From the IMG/VR virus record IMGVR_UViG_3300031998_000020: 64,000 bases of DNA. One strand, written 5' to 3'. The DNA is from a virus (lineage: Duplodnaviria; Heunggongvirae; Uroviricota; Caudoviricetes). The translations under genes were made by a program, and so were the position numbers. This document shows positions 18,620 to 27,359 of this stretch, piece after piece. Each line of letters starts with the position of its first letter. Positions within the stretch are counted from its first letter, which is position 1. The notes under the pieces were generated by a model. It worked only from the letters and a program-made list of their open reading frames with translations, was not told the DNA's origin and made no database searches.

Positions 18620-19177
18620 ATGTGTTTACTATGCAAAAAAAGCGATAAGGTCAAAGTAGCTTTGGAGGACAAAAAATGCTATAAAGTCCTTGAACTTACA
18701 GAAGATGGAAAGTTGAAATCACCTTATTATGATTTTTTCTACGAAATCGGAAAGGTGTATGAAGGTGCTATCAATTTTGATTTGGCAACTTATAACTATT
18801 GTCCATCATTGGAAATTGTTTCTTTTGAAGAATATTGCAAACATCACAAAGGTTATGTTGATGGTGATGGTAATAAAAAAATAATATACCTTCCTTCTTA
18901 CGACAGCTATGTTGATGATAATGGTGTTGAAGTGTCAGAATATGCTATTGGCCAAGGTTTCCATAGTTGTGACTCCTTAGAAATCTGTAAGTCAATTTTT
19001 TACGCTGAGTTTCAAGGGATACTAAAAGGAACTGGTAACTTAGTGATTGCTGAATGTGTAATACCAAGAGGCAATTTCTATTATACGGGATATACGAATT
19101 ACAAAATATGTGCTCCATGCTATGCAAGCACTGCCCTGAAAATAGAAAAGATAGTGTTTAACTCTAAAGAACAATAA
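18620..19177 (+). CDS. Met-Cys-start family, member C.
   Basis: MCLLCKK...KKCYKVL...GQGFHSC...CVIPRGNFYYTG. Confidence 0.7.
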   Translation: MCLLCKKSDKVKVALEDKKCYKVLELTEDGKLKSPYYDFFYEIGKVYEGAINFDLATYNYCPSLEIVSFEEYCKHHKGYVDGDGNKKIIYLPSYDSYVDDNGVEVSEYAIGQGFHSCDSLEICKSIFYAEFQGILKGTGNLVIAECVIPRGNFYYTGYTNYKICAPCYASTALKIEKIVFNSKEQ

Positions 19178-19179
19178 TT

Positions 19180-19776
19180 ATGTGTTTAGTATTAAGAAGC
19201 GGAATAAGAGATTTTAAGTTTGCTCAAAAACCAGTGAAGTGTTACAAGATTCTCAAGGTTGAAGACGGACAATTGAAGGCACCCATGGCTAAATTCACCT
19301 ATCAGGTGGGTAAAACCTATGAGTGTCCTTTGAACAACGAAGTCAGTGAGCATACTTGGAGTCAGATATTCCCACGATTCGCCCAATTTCATAAGTGCTA
19401 TCATATACCAAATCAAGAAGAGAAGTTTTTGGTTGTAGAAAAATATTCAATAGGCCAGGGTTTCCATAGTTTCAAACACCTTGAAGCATGTTTATTTTTT
19501 CTGGAACATCGAAAGGCATGGGAAAATGGCGAATCTAGATATGCTGTGGCAGAATGTACAATCCCAAAGTATAGTGGATATTACGAGGGCCATCAGCCTA
19601 TAATGTTCAAGAACCATGACGGTTATGCCAGTGACACTTTTAGGATAGATAGGATTTTGGACAAAGAAACTCTTGACAAGTTGATGATAGTGCACGATGA
19701 ATACCGCAATCTCAATAAGGAAGATAAGCAGAGATTGTACGAAGAGTGTATTAATGATATGGAGGATAAGCAATGA
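19180..19776 (+). CDS. Met-Cys-start family, member D.
   Basis: MCLVLRS...VKCYKIL...GQGFHSF...CTIPKYSGYYEG. Confidence 0.7.
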   Translation: MCLVLRSGIRDFKFAQKPVKCYKILKVEDGQLKAPMAKFTYQVGKTYECPLNNEVSEHTWSQIFPRFAQFHKCYHIPNQEEKFLVVEKYSIGQGFHSFKHLEACLFFLEHRKAWENGESRYAVAECTIPKYSGYYEGHQPIMFKNHDGYASDTFRIDRILDKETLDKLMIVHDEYRNLNKEDKQRLYEECINDMEDKQ

Positions 19777-20129
19777 CACCGACCATGGATGTAGAGAAAA
19801 AATATGTCTGGCTAAAGAAGTCAGACTATATAGAGGAACTTAAGCCGTTCCACAAAGTGATGTATTATTTAGGTTGCCTTGAGTTTAAGCCTTGGAAAAA
19901 ATACAAAGGTAAACCTTATCAAATACATACTGGTGGCTTTTATCGGGCCAAAATAGGCTTTAGACTATGGAATCCGTTAGGCTTGATATTATGCATAGTG
20001 TTATTCCTCCTATTGTTCGGCTTATATTTGATTGAAGCTTTCGCAAATACATTCGAGAGGATTGTAGAAATCAACAATCAAGAGCTCTCTATTAACAAAA
20101 ATCTCGAAAAAAGAGAAAATGATAAGTAA
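19773..20129 (+). CDS. Membrane protein.
   Basis: TM segment LGLILCIVLFLLLFGLYLI. Confidence 0.45.
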   Translation: MTPTMDVEKKYVWLKKSDYIEELKPFHKVMYYLGCLEFKPWKKYKGKPYQIHTGGFYRAKIGFRLWNPLGLILCIVLFLLLFGLYLIEAFANTFERIVEINNQELSINKNLEKRENDK

Positions 20130-20150
20130 ATCATAAGAATTGGTAAAACT

Positions 20151-20453
20151 ATGCATGATTTTATATACTTTGAAGAATTTATAAAAACTCACAAGCCAAT
20201 TACATATTGGTGTTGGTTTCCTCGCCAGCATATGAGATACAAAGTTTATACTTGTTTAATGGCAATTCCATTTGGTAAAAAATGGAAAAAATACTGGAAA
20301 TGTAAAAGATGTCAATTTGTGCATAAGCCATTCGTAAAATATTGGAAGAAAACGAAGTCTATTGACTTTACTAAAATGGACTTGAGTTTTCCTGATTTTG
20401 AATGGGAGGTAATTCTGAATAATAGGCAAGAACGTACTAATACGTTAAATTAA
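20151..20453 (+). CDS. Hypothetical basic Cys-containing protein.
   Basis: ORF with CKRC and CLMAIPFGKKWKKYW. Confidence 0.45.
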   Translation: MHDFIYFEEFIKTHKPITYWCWFPRQHMRYKVYTCLMAIPFGKKWKKYWKCKRCQFVHKPFVKYWKKTKSIDFTKMDLSFPDFEWEVILNNRQERTNTLN

Positions 20454-20464
20454 GGAGATAAATT

Positions 20465-21070
20465 ATGTGGGAAGTAATAAGTAAACTCATTGATTCGATA
20501 TTAAGCGAATCAAAACGAAAGGATGCAAAGATTGAAGCCTTGGAGGAGAATTTAAGTCTTGCTGCTCAGAAAAACTTAGACATCCAAAGTAGCATCAAAC
20601 AATATCAGTCGAAACTAGAAAGTTCAGAGCAAGACAGGATAAAGCTGAATAAGCTGAAAAATCAGCTAGAAGATATGAAGAAGAACTACTGTCAGACAGT
20701 TCTCCTATATGGTAAGCCTTGTAATGACTCTATCAAAATCCAGGCACATGTTGCTGCATTGGAAGATGAACTTGAACAGATACATGATTCGAGAAAGGCA
20801 TACAATTTTCATATCAATGGTAGTGACACTACTGATTGCCATGAGGTCCAGCAATATATCGACAAACTTGAAGAACTGACCAGTTCCAAGGATTCAGAGG
20901 CAAACTTTGGATACACTATGCGTGGTACTCAGGTGAGTGACCATAATGAAGTTCAAAGGTATATAACTCTTCTGGAAAATTCCAATGATATACTCAGGAC
21001 CAGAGTCAAGGAGTTAGAAGTTAAATACGAAGTGTTGCCTCACAGAAGTGAAACAGGTTCAGGAATATAA
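20465..21070 (+). CDS. Coiled-coil protein.
   Basis: Heptad-rich, Q/E/K/L-rich sequence. Confidence 0.5.
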   Translation: MWEVISKLIDSILSESKRKDAKIEALEENLSLAAQKNLDIQSSIKQYQSKLESSEQDRIKLNKLKNQLEDMKKNYCQTVLLYGKPCNDSIKIQAHVAALEDELEQIHDSRKAYNFHINGSDTTDCHEVQQYIDKLEELTSSKDSEANFGYTMRGTQVSDHNEVQRYITLLENSNDILRTRVKELEVKYEVLPHRSETGSGI

Positions 21071-21078
21071 GATAAGTT

Positions 21079-21450
21079 ATGAGACAGAAGATTAAGACTA
21101 TATTATGCATATTGATATGTTCTTTGATGTTTTTTGCCTGTAATAATAAGGAGGCAAAACAGGAAAGTGATACATATCCAATTGCAGTGAGAAGTATAAC
21201 TGGCAGGACTATGGATGGTGATTCAATCCGAATGTATGGTGGTAAATTCAGATATAAGGACTGGTATAAGACCAAATCCATCGCACCCTTAAGAGACTGT
21301 CAAATAGAACAATGTGATGTTGTTTTTGAAAATGGTACTGTTGGTAAACTATATGGAGGCAAGGTAATAATAAACTATACTCATTGGGAACATAAATTCC
21401 TAAGCGCAGAAGTTATAAATGGTACTCTTGTAATACAGCCAACAAAATAA
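21079..21450 (+). CDS. Lipoprotein (FFAC lipobox).
   Basis: MRQKIKTILCILICSLMFFAC. Confidence 0.55.
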   Translation: MRQKIKTILCILICSLMFFACNNKEAKQESDTYPIAVRSITGRTMDGDSIRMYGGKFRYKDWYKTKSIAPLRDCQIEQCDVVFENGTVGKLYGGKVIINYTHWEHKFLSAEVINGTLVIQPTK

Positions 21451-21459
21451 TTTCTTAAA

Positions 21460-21507
21460 AAGTGTTAAGAAATTTGGTAGTTCAAAAAAATATTCGTACC
21501 TTTGCAC
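21460..21507 (+). promoter_or_regulatory. Bacteroidota-type promoter (TTTG 21473; TACCTTTG 21497).
   Basis: gtgttaagaaatttggtag ... TAccTTTG. Confidence 0.65.
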
Positions 21508-21542
21508 TCAGAAACAAAATAATAAACAAAAAAACATTAACA

Positions 21543-21989
21543 ATGGGAAAGATTAATTTCACACGTCAGCACTACGATAAGCTGAAAAGTCTTGCAACAG
21601 ATATGTTGTTCAAGAATGAGACTATCATGACTTCTATGGGTCAGGTTCTTAATATTACAGAACTCTTGCACACTCAGTCAATAGGTGTACTCAATAATAT
21701 CCGTATCTCACTTGACAAAAAGCTCGACAGTATCAGCAAGCAGGATGAATGGGTGGCTACAGATGCCCAGCAAGCCAAGTCTGAGAAGCTCAAGAACCAG
21801 AGAGAGTTGGTAAACCTTCTCATAGGTTATAAGAGATATACCATGGAGCAGAATGAGTTGAAGGCTCAGAAGGAAAAGCTTTCTGCACAGCTTGAGGAGC
21901 TTAAGGAGTCTCAGAAGACCCCAGAGGATAGAATTAAGGAGCTTGCAGATGCTATGGCTGCACTTCAAATCGACCCTGACTTTGAGTAA
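21543..21989 (+). CDS. Coiled-coil protein (start at MGKINF).
   Basis: First ATG after the promoter; helical, K/E/Q-rich. Confidence 0.5.
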   Translation: MGKINFTRQHYDKLKSLATDMLFKNETIMTSMGQVLNITELLHTQSIGVLNNIRISLDKKLDSISKQDEWVATDAQQAKSEKLKNQRELVNLLIGYKRYTMEQNELKAQKEKLSAQLEELKESQKTPEDRIKELADAMAALQIDPDFE

Positions 21990-22050
21990 ACTGCTCGTAG
22001 TTTTTTAAATCATTTTTATCGTTTAATTTTCAAATTTGTTACTTACAACA

Positions 22051-23859
22051 ATGGTAGAAGTAAAGCTTAACAACAGTAACAAGAATCATTTCTATGGTAT
22101 GAGGGAGTGTCTCTATCTCTTTCAGAACCTCAATACCAATATCACGGAAGCTATGCTTGACAGAGCATGGGCAGAAGTAAAGGATGACAAGCAGAAGAGG
22201 GAGCTCTTTTTCTCCCTTATCTTCTCTATAGGTGATATTACTGCACGTCAGCACAACATCTTCAAGGGTGTTAAGATGGATAATGGCGGTAATGCAAACA
22301 GAGATTCTTTCTGGACTATCTTTAATTGGATAAAGGACAGAAATTGGGCTCAGTTCGTAAAGTTCCTCCATGCAGGTCTCTTCAATGAGTATCAGTGTTT
22401 CGACACACTGTTCCGTTCACGAGTCAAGACATGTAGCGGTAGGGTAGTTAAGGTGTATGACATCTTTGCTGACCAGACATACCGTAATGAGCTTGCCAAC
22501 TACGTGTACTCTATTGTTAATGGTAATAATACCTTTAACAAGCACCTTGTGGCTAAGTTCTTGACACTTCCTCGTCCATCAAAGAGAACAGGTCATACCA
22601 AGATGCTTGATGAGACAATGGCCGTTATGAAGAATAAGGCCAAGTTCCTTACCAAGCTGTCAGACATGGTAGGTTGGGAGTATGATGGCTACAACTTCAT
22701 CGGCTATCGTAAGTGGAGAAAGGAATATAACACTAACCTTGAGTCCGTTCTTTTCTCATCAGGTGCTATTAATGGTTTTACTCAGGACCAGTTCTTCAAG
22801 TGGCTTGAGCAACTGCCATCACAGGCAAGGTTCAGAGTCAGGAACAAGGTATCCTTCTCTAAGAAGGAAGATGATACTCTCAAGTGGCCAGTTCTTAAGG
22901 AGTGGTATAACAAGTGGGAGAATCACAAGGAGGAAATGCAAGCTGAACAGAGAAAGCTTGAGGAGAAGGTTCGACAGGGTGGAGCCTCTGAGGAAGACCT
23001 CAAGAAGCTTGCCAAGGTCAAGAAGGAGGCCAAGATTAACACTGGTGCTACAAACTTCAAGGAAATCTATGAGTCCATCCTTAGCGGTAAGGCAGATGCT
23101 CTTGCAGTTGAAAGCTTTATCCAGAACAAGGTGAACCTTCCTTATAATAGCCTGGTTATTATTGACGATTCTGGCTCAATGCGTGGGGCACCATTCAACT
23201 TTGCCACATTCCTGGCAACTGTATGCTTGATGAAGAACCCTGATGACGAGGCACGAAACCTCGTAGGCTTCTTTGCTAACGATTCACATTGGCATGCTTA
23301 CATTGATTCAAAAAAGCAGCCAAGCCCAAATAGTATCGTTAGAACTGGAAACATCAAGTGTGAGGCAGAACCTCTCATAGACCCTACACTTAGCTTTATG
23401 GAGAACTATAAGCGATTTGATTCTTTTGCTCACTCTGTGTTCAGTTGTCGTGGTACACATATTGATTCAATCGCAAGAGGTCTGAATGAAGCTTGTAAGA
23501 GAAATCCTCAGATGCTTGATGCACTCAAGAACTATCCAGTTTGGACCATTGTATCAGATGGTGATTTTAACAATCTGTATAGTCCAGAAGCATCTTTGAA
23601 TGACCTCATGAGACAGTGCCAGGAGTACTTTGGCTTCAAGCCTTTTATCGTAGGTATCGCTGTTGATATGTATAATAGCACTCCTAAGTATGAAAGGTTT
23701 AGCGGTATAGAGAATTTCCTCTACATACCAGCCAACCCTACTCTCATTGAGCAGTTCCTTACAAATTTCAGGGATATGGACACATTCGATGTCTATGCAC
23801 CACTACAGGGTTTGTACAGGACTAACAGGTATGAACTGGTTCGCCAGAACGTGATTTAA
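22051..23859 (+). CDS. Large protein with a vWA/MIDAS motif (IIDDSGSM).
   Basis: LVIIDDSGSMRGAPF is a classic DxSxS MIDAS motif. About 600 aa, otherwise unknown. Confidence 0.65.
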   Translation: MVEVKLNNSNKNHFYGMRECLYLFQNLNTNITEAMLDRAWAEVKDDKQKRELFFSLIFSIGDITARQHNIFKGVKMDNGGNANRDSFWTIFNWIKDRNWAQFVKFLHAGLFNEYQCFDTLFRSRVKTCSGRVVKVYDIFADQTYRNELANYVYSIVNGNNTFNKHLVAKFLTLPRPSKRTGHTKMLDETMAVMKNKAKFLTKLSDMVGWEYDGYNFIGYRKWRKEYNTNLESVLFSSGAINGFTQDQFFKWLEQLPSQARFRVRNKVSFSKKEDDTLKWPVLKEWYNKWENHKEEMQAEQRKLEEKVRQGGASEEDLKKLAKVKKEAKINTGATNFKEIYESILSGKADALAVESFIQNKVNLPYNSLVIIDDSGSMRGAPFNFATFLATVCLMKNPDDEARNLVGFFANDSHWHAYIDSKKQPSPNSIVRTGNIKCEAEPLIDPTLSFMENYKRFDSFAHSVFSCRGTHIDSIARGLNEACKRNPQMLDALKNYPVWTIVSDGDFNNLYSPEASLNDLMRQCQEYFGFKPFIVGIAVDMYNSTPKYERFSGIENFLYIPANPTLIEQFLTNFRDMDTFDVYAPLQGLYRTNRYELVRQNVI

Positions 23860-23877
23860 ACTTTTTGTGGCCCATAG

Positions 23878-23912
23878 GAGGTGGGTTTATAAAAAAAATT
23901 CACCTCCTATAT
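23878..23912 (+). terminator. Possible terminator hairpin (GGAGGTG...CACCTCC).
   Basis: 7-bp inverted repeat after the 23859 stop; weak U-tract. Confidence 0.35.
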
Positions 23913-23917
23913 AAAAA

Positions 23918-23965
23918 AGTTACGAAAATATTTGGTAGTATCAGATTTTTTTAGTAACTTTGCAA
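23918..23965 (+). promoter_or_regulatory. Bacteroidota-type promoter driving the noncoding locus (TTTG 23931; TAACTTTG 23955).
   Basis: aaatatttggtag ... TAacTTTG. Confidence 0.6.
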
Positions 23966-24082
23966 ACGGAATTAAGATGTTTTTGTCGTATTCCATTTGA
24001 TGAAGAAGTCACTTACAATAAGTACTATCTAGAATTATCAGATTGGTTATCTATGCAAGTTCGAGCCTTGTCTTAGGCGTAA

Positions 24083-24126
24083 GCCTTTGTGGTGGAATTG
24101 GTAGACACAATAATGTAAGATGTAGT
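24083..24126 (+). ncRNA. tRNA-Leu-like 5' half (acceptor GCCTTTG, U8 G9, class II D-arm, anticodon-arm-like ATAAT/GTAAGAT/GTAGT); no matching 3' acceptor strand found.
   Basis: Resembles the 5' 44 nt of bacterial tRNA-Leu, but CAAAGGC is absent downstream. Confidence 0.3.
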
Positions 24127-24138
24127 GACTTAAACACT

Positions 24139-24252
24139 AAGGAGATGGTGTAATGGTAGCATGCGTTAGCTTAGTGACACTATGTCACTTACAATATCAA
24201 TGCTTTTTGATTTTGGGTATCCGTGGTGTGGGTTCGAATCCTGCTCTCCTTG
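24139..24252 (+). ncRNA. Atypical 114-nt tRNA-like element. It has a perfect 7-bp acceptor AAGGAGA/TCTCCTT, U8, a D-arm GTGT-AATGGTA-GCAT and a T-arm GTGGG-TTCGAAT-CCTGC. It carries about 38 nt more than a standard tRNA between the D-arm and the T-arm.
   Basis: Perfect acceptor complementarity flanking canonical D and T arms. An internal hairpin AGTGA-CACTATG-TCACT would present a CUA triplet in a 7-nt loop, but position 33 is A, not U. Confidence 0.4.
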
Positions 24253-24373
24253 CAAATAAAGACACTTACAAAAACAACAAGTTTTCTACGGTGGTTCAAA
24301 TCCATCATTGTTCGAGCATGAACGATTAGTGTAGCGGTTCACACAAAAACAGTTTAGTGTCTTTCCTCGCTTT

Positions 24374-24409
24374 GATGGCATTCTGAAAAGGATGCCATTT
24401 TTTTTTGTT
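24374..24409 (+). terminator. Intrinsic terminator (TGGCAT...ATGCCA plus T9).
   Basis: 6-bp stem followed by TTTTTTTTT. Confidence 0.75.
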
Positions 24410-24411
24410 AA

Positions 24412-24460
24412 ATACTGTTAATAAATTTGGCAATGTCAGATTTTATCCGTACCTTTGTAT
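24412..24460 (+). promoter_or_regulatory. Bacteroidota-type promoter (TTTG 24426; TACCTTTG 24450).
   Basis: ctgttaataaatttggcaa ... TAccTTTG. Confidence 0.65.
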
Positions 24461-24484
24461 CATAATTTAAAACTATATTATAGA

Positions 24485-24796
24485 ATGGAAAGACTTAAAA
24501 ATAAAGAACAACTAACGCCAGGAGGTAAATTTTACTATTATAGTGATGGTAAAGTAGAAGAATACAAGGTTCTATGCTTTGAGCCAGACAATCCAGAGAT
24601 AATCTACGCCGAAAATCTTGTCACTAATTGTATAGAACGTTTCACTATTAGTGAGCTTATAGAAAATTTAAGGTGGGATGAAAACTGGGAGGTTTATGTT
24701 GGTGATTATGATATAGATTTCTTCATCAAGAAGAAAATCGAGTATCATAAGGCAGCGATTCAGGACCTGGAGGCCTTATTAAACGCTAAAAAGTAA
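24485..24796 (+). CDS. Hypothetical protein.
   Basis: The first ATG after the promoter; the ORF-track start at 24455 is a TTG inside the -7 element. Confidence 0.45.
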   Translation: MERLKNKEQLTPGGKFYYYSDGKVEEYKVLCFEPDNPEIIYAENLVTNCIERFTISELIENLRWDENWEVYVGDYDIDFFIKKKIEYHKAAIQDLEALLNAKK

Positions 24797-24802
24797 AGTA
24801 CT

Positions 24803-25324
24803 ATGAGGAAATTAAAAGATATAAAATTCAGAGGTAAAACCACTTTCGATTTCACGTGGGTCTATGGTGACTTAATGTATGACAAATTCGATAGTGCTTA
24901 TATACACAAACCCAATTTTAATCAAAATGGGGTTGACCCTGACACGGTAGGTCAATTCACAGGCTTGTATGACAAGGACGGCAAAGAAATATATGAAGGT
25001 GACATCATAGAATTCTACGAAATCGAAAGTTATTGCATTAATCCTGATTGTGAACCTCACCTGATAGGTTATGGAAACCGTCTGGTTAAGCATGCATGTC
25101 AGGTTATGTTTGACAACGGAATGTTTTGTGTTGACCTAGAAGGTGATTGTAGAATTAGACCGCTTTTGTATTGTGGTTTACTGGAGGGTGATATAGAAGA
25201 CTTAAAAGATTGGGTAGAAAATGATGATTATTTTGACACTGATGGGTATGAAATAGACGAATCTATCCTCGGATTCAAAGTGGTCGGAAACATCTTCGAT
25301 AATCCCGACTTAGATTACGTGTAA
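24803..25324 (+). CDS. YopX-domain protein.
   Basis: WVYGDL...VGQFTGLYDKDGKEIYEGDIIEF. Confidence 0.8.
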   Translation: MRKLKDIKFRGKTTFDFTWVYGDLMYDKFDSAYIHKPNFNQNGVDPDTVGQFTGLYDKDGKEIYEGDIIEFYEIESYCINPDCEPHLIGYGNRLVKHACQVMFDNGMFCVDLEGDCRIRPLLYCGLLEGDIEDLKDWVENDDYFDTDGYEIDESILGFKVVGNIFDNPDLDYV

Positions 25325-25327
25325 ATT

Positions 25328-25729
25328 ATGGAAGCAGAGACAGTTACTATACCAAAGGCTCTTTATATGAAACTCCTTCAATACAAGAAGGATTTGATAG
25401 CATTGGAGAGGCGGTACATCTTCATGAAAATGGAACCTTTCAAGGATATTGATGATATTCCAGAGATTCCTCTTATTAAGGACAAGAAGGAATATGAAGA
25501 TGTTGTCGTTAAGAATCTGATTAGATGTGGTGCCATACCAAAAGACAAACTTGAAGTAGGTGCTACATATATCGGAACATGCCGTAATGCAAGCAAAGGA
25601 GTATGGAATGGCGAATTCTTTGAAATCGAGAGATATAAATTCGGTGACATATGGAATGATACTGTTGAGCATTTCCAAGATGACAAAGGTTACGACGTAT
25701 TTGTACCACTAAGAAAAGAGGAGAAATAA
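25328..25729 (+). CDS. Hypothetical protein.
   Basis: ORF in a tight operon. Confidence 0.45.
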   Translation: MEAETVTIPKALYMKLLQYKKDLIALERRYIFMKMEPFKDIDDIPEIPLIKDKKEYEDVVVKNLIRCGAIPKDKLEVGATYIGTCRNASKGVWNGEFFEIERYKFGDIWNDTVEHFQDDKGYDVFVPLRKEEK

Positions 25730-26011
25730 ATGGAACATAACATTATTGTAACAATAGATGGCATAAGTCATAAACTTGAACATGTGCCCCATGAGTTAGG
25801 CTGTAGATATTGTTCTCTTGAACATTTCTGTAGTTCGGAACAACGTACCAACTATGCTGGACTCTGTTATGCTTTCTTAGGGGATGATGCAATGGCCTAT
25901 CACTTTAACCAGATACAATCAACTGAAATCCCCTCTTTGCAGGATAGAAGTAAAAGTGATACAGGCTATAACGAAGGTATCAAGAAAACTCAAAACACAG
26001 GAGGAAATTGA
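25730..26011 (+). CDS. Hypothetical Cys-rich protein (CRYCSLEHFCSSE).
   Basis: ORF. Confidence 0.4.
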   Translation: MEHNIIVTIDGISHKLEHVPHELGCRYCSLEHFCSSEQRTNYAGLCYAFLGDDAMAYHFNQIQSTEIPSLQDRSKSDTGYNEGIKKTQNTGGN

Positions 26012-26245
26012 ATGGAAAATAAGTATGTTCTCAGGACAAAATTGGGGCAAGAGCTGGTTAAGCATAATTGCGACCCGAAGCTAATTGCAGCACTCAATAC
26101 TCTTTACGAAGCTGACTTGAAGAAATCTGTCAAATGCTTCTGTGAAACATATTCTGACCTATTGTCAGCGCAAGGGTATGACTTAAATAGTATTAACCAA
26201 GAGGTTGTCAGGTTGAAAACCAAATTAGAGGAGAAAATATTATGA
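26012..26245 (+). CDS. Hypothetical protein.
   Basis: ORF. Confidence 0.4.
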   Translation: MENKYVLRTKLGQELVKHNCDPKLIAALNTLYEADLKKSVKCFCETYSDLLSAQGYDLNSINQEVVRLKTKLEEKIL

Positions 26246-26439
26246 GAAAGTATTATTATGTATTGCAGTTTGTATCAGGTGATACAGCATTAGTGATGGG
26301 CATAGACGAAGTAGAAGCCATCAGGCTTATTCGTAATAGAGGCTGTACCCAAGAGATAGTTTCAAGTAAGCGGTTCAAGGACCACAATGAGGCTGTTATG
26401 TATCAAAGTGAATTAATTAACAATAAAGAATCGGTATGA
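26242..26439 (+). CDS. Hypothetical protein.
   Basis: ORF overlapping its neighbours by 4 nt. Confidence 0.4.
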   Translation: MRKYYYVLQFVSGDTALVMGIDEVEAIRLIRNRGCTQEIVSSKRFKDHNEAVMYQSELINNKESV

Positions 26440-26663
26440 AAAATAGACCAGAAAATTTAGAGGATTGTAGATTAGCAAATTTAGATGATTTGTTGCTGGA
26501 ACGTTGGCTCAGACAACGAGAGAGTAAGAAGATAATTTGGGAAACCAAAGACGGTCTCCGATTGCCCATACAGGAAATGACGGACAGTCATCTCAAGAAT
26601 GCTATTGAGTGTGCCAGGAGACGGATACTCGACGATGCAATAGCTGACAGTAATTGGGTATAG
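26436..26663 (+). CDS. Hypothetical protein.
   Basis: ORF. Confidence 0.4.
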   Translation: MKNRPENLEDCRLANLDDLLLERWLRQRESKKIIWETKDGLRLPIQEMTDSHLKNAIECARRRILDDAIADSNWV

Positions 26664-26685
26664 TCTAATAACAAATATACAAAAT

Positions 26686-27309
26686 ATGGATAGACAGCAA
26701 TTCATGCAGCAAGCTGCATTAAGGCTTATTACTGGTGGCTCATCTATGAGCCCAGAAGAAGTATACAAATATACTAAGGAATTGGGTAATTTGTTTTTCC
26801 CTGTTGAAAAAGTATCTAAACCAGATGAGGCAGTTGAAACACCATTCCATCCTGGGGATATTATCTGCTACATGTATCGTTCAATTATATTTTGCGATTC
26901 TATTCAAGACGATTGTGTGACAAGTAGGTTTGAATATGATATCAAAAATGATTCTTTAGAGGTGTATGATACAGCCAGGTTGTATCTCATGAATCTTTCT
27001 AAACCTGCCGATGTTAGCCAAAGGATAAAATTCATAGAGACTTTGTATAAGCATGGCCATTGTATTGACACTGATAACAATTCCATACGTCCATTTCCAC
27101 AAGAGGGGGACATTATCACAAAGAGGGGTACTCTTTATCCTGTGTTTCAGTTAGGTAAAAAAGCAGTGGGCTGGTATGATGGCTATATGTTCACGTGTTG
27201 TGACGATGTTGCCAACAGTGGTTTCTTGACTGATAGTGACATAAGAGAAAACTATGTATTGTTTAGGCCAAAAAAACTTGGTTCAGGAGACCCTTCGAAA
27301 GGTGCGTAA
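26686..27309 (+). CDS. Hypothetical protein.
   Basis: ORF. Confidence 0.45.
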   Translation: MDRQQFMQQAALRLITGGSSMSPEEVYKYTKELGNLFFPVEKVSKPDEAVETPFHPGDIICYMYRSIIFCDSIQDDCVTSRFEYDIKNDSLEVYDTARLYLMNLSKPADVSQRIKFIETLYKHGHCIDTDNNSIRPFPQEGDIITKRGTLYPVFQLGKKAVGWYDGYMFTCCDDVANSGFLTDSDIRENYVLFRPKKLGSGDPSKGA

Positions 27310-27313
27310 ACAG

Positions 27314-27356
27314 AAAAGAGACCATTGAGAGATTAATTCCCTTGATGGTCTCTTTT
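27314..27356. terminator. Bidirectional intrinsic terminator (AAAAGAGACCAT...ATGGTCTCTTTTT).
   Basis: 12-bp inverted repeat between convergent genes. Confidence 0.7.
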
Positions 27357-27359
27357 TGC

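Larger units (their letters stand above)
23966..24409 (+). ncRNA. Promoter- and terminator-bounded noncoding RNA locus containing tRNA-like D-arm and T-arm motifs.
   Basis: About 440 nt with no ORF. Contains GGTGGAATTGGTAGACAC (class II D-arm), GGTTCGAATCC and GGTTCAAATCC T-loops, a GNRA hairpin AGGCgtaaGCCT, and ends in a canonical terminator. Confidence 0.5.

Noticed and set aside
22682-23134. 150-aa alternative-frame ORF rich in R/S.
   Set aside because: Fully internal to the 607-aa vWA gene frame; low-complexity translation.
24290-24318. T-arm-like GGTGG-TTCAAAT-CCATC followed by ATTGTTCG as a tRNA 3' end.
   Set aside because: No complementary 5' acceptor strand (GAACAAT) anywhere upstream within tRNA distance. 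Kept only as part of the tRNA-like RNA locus, not called a tRNA.
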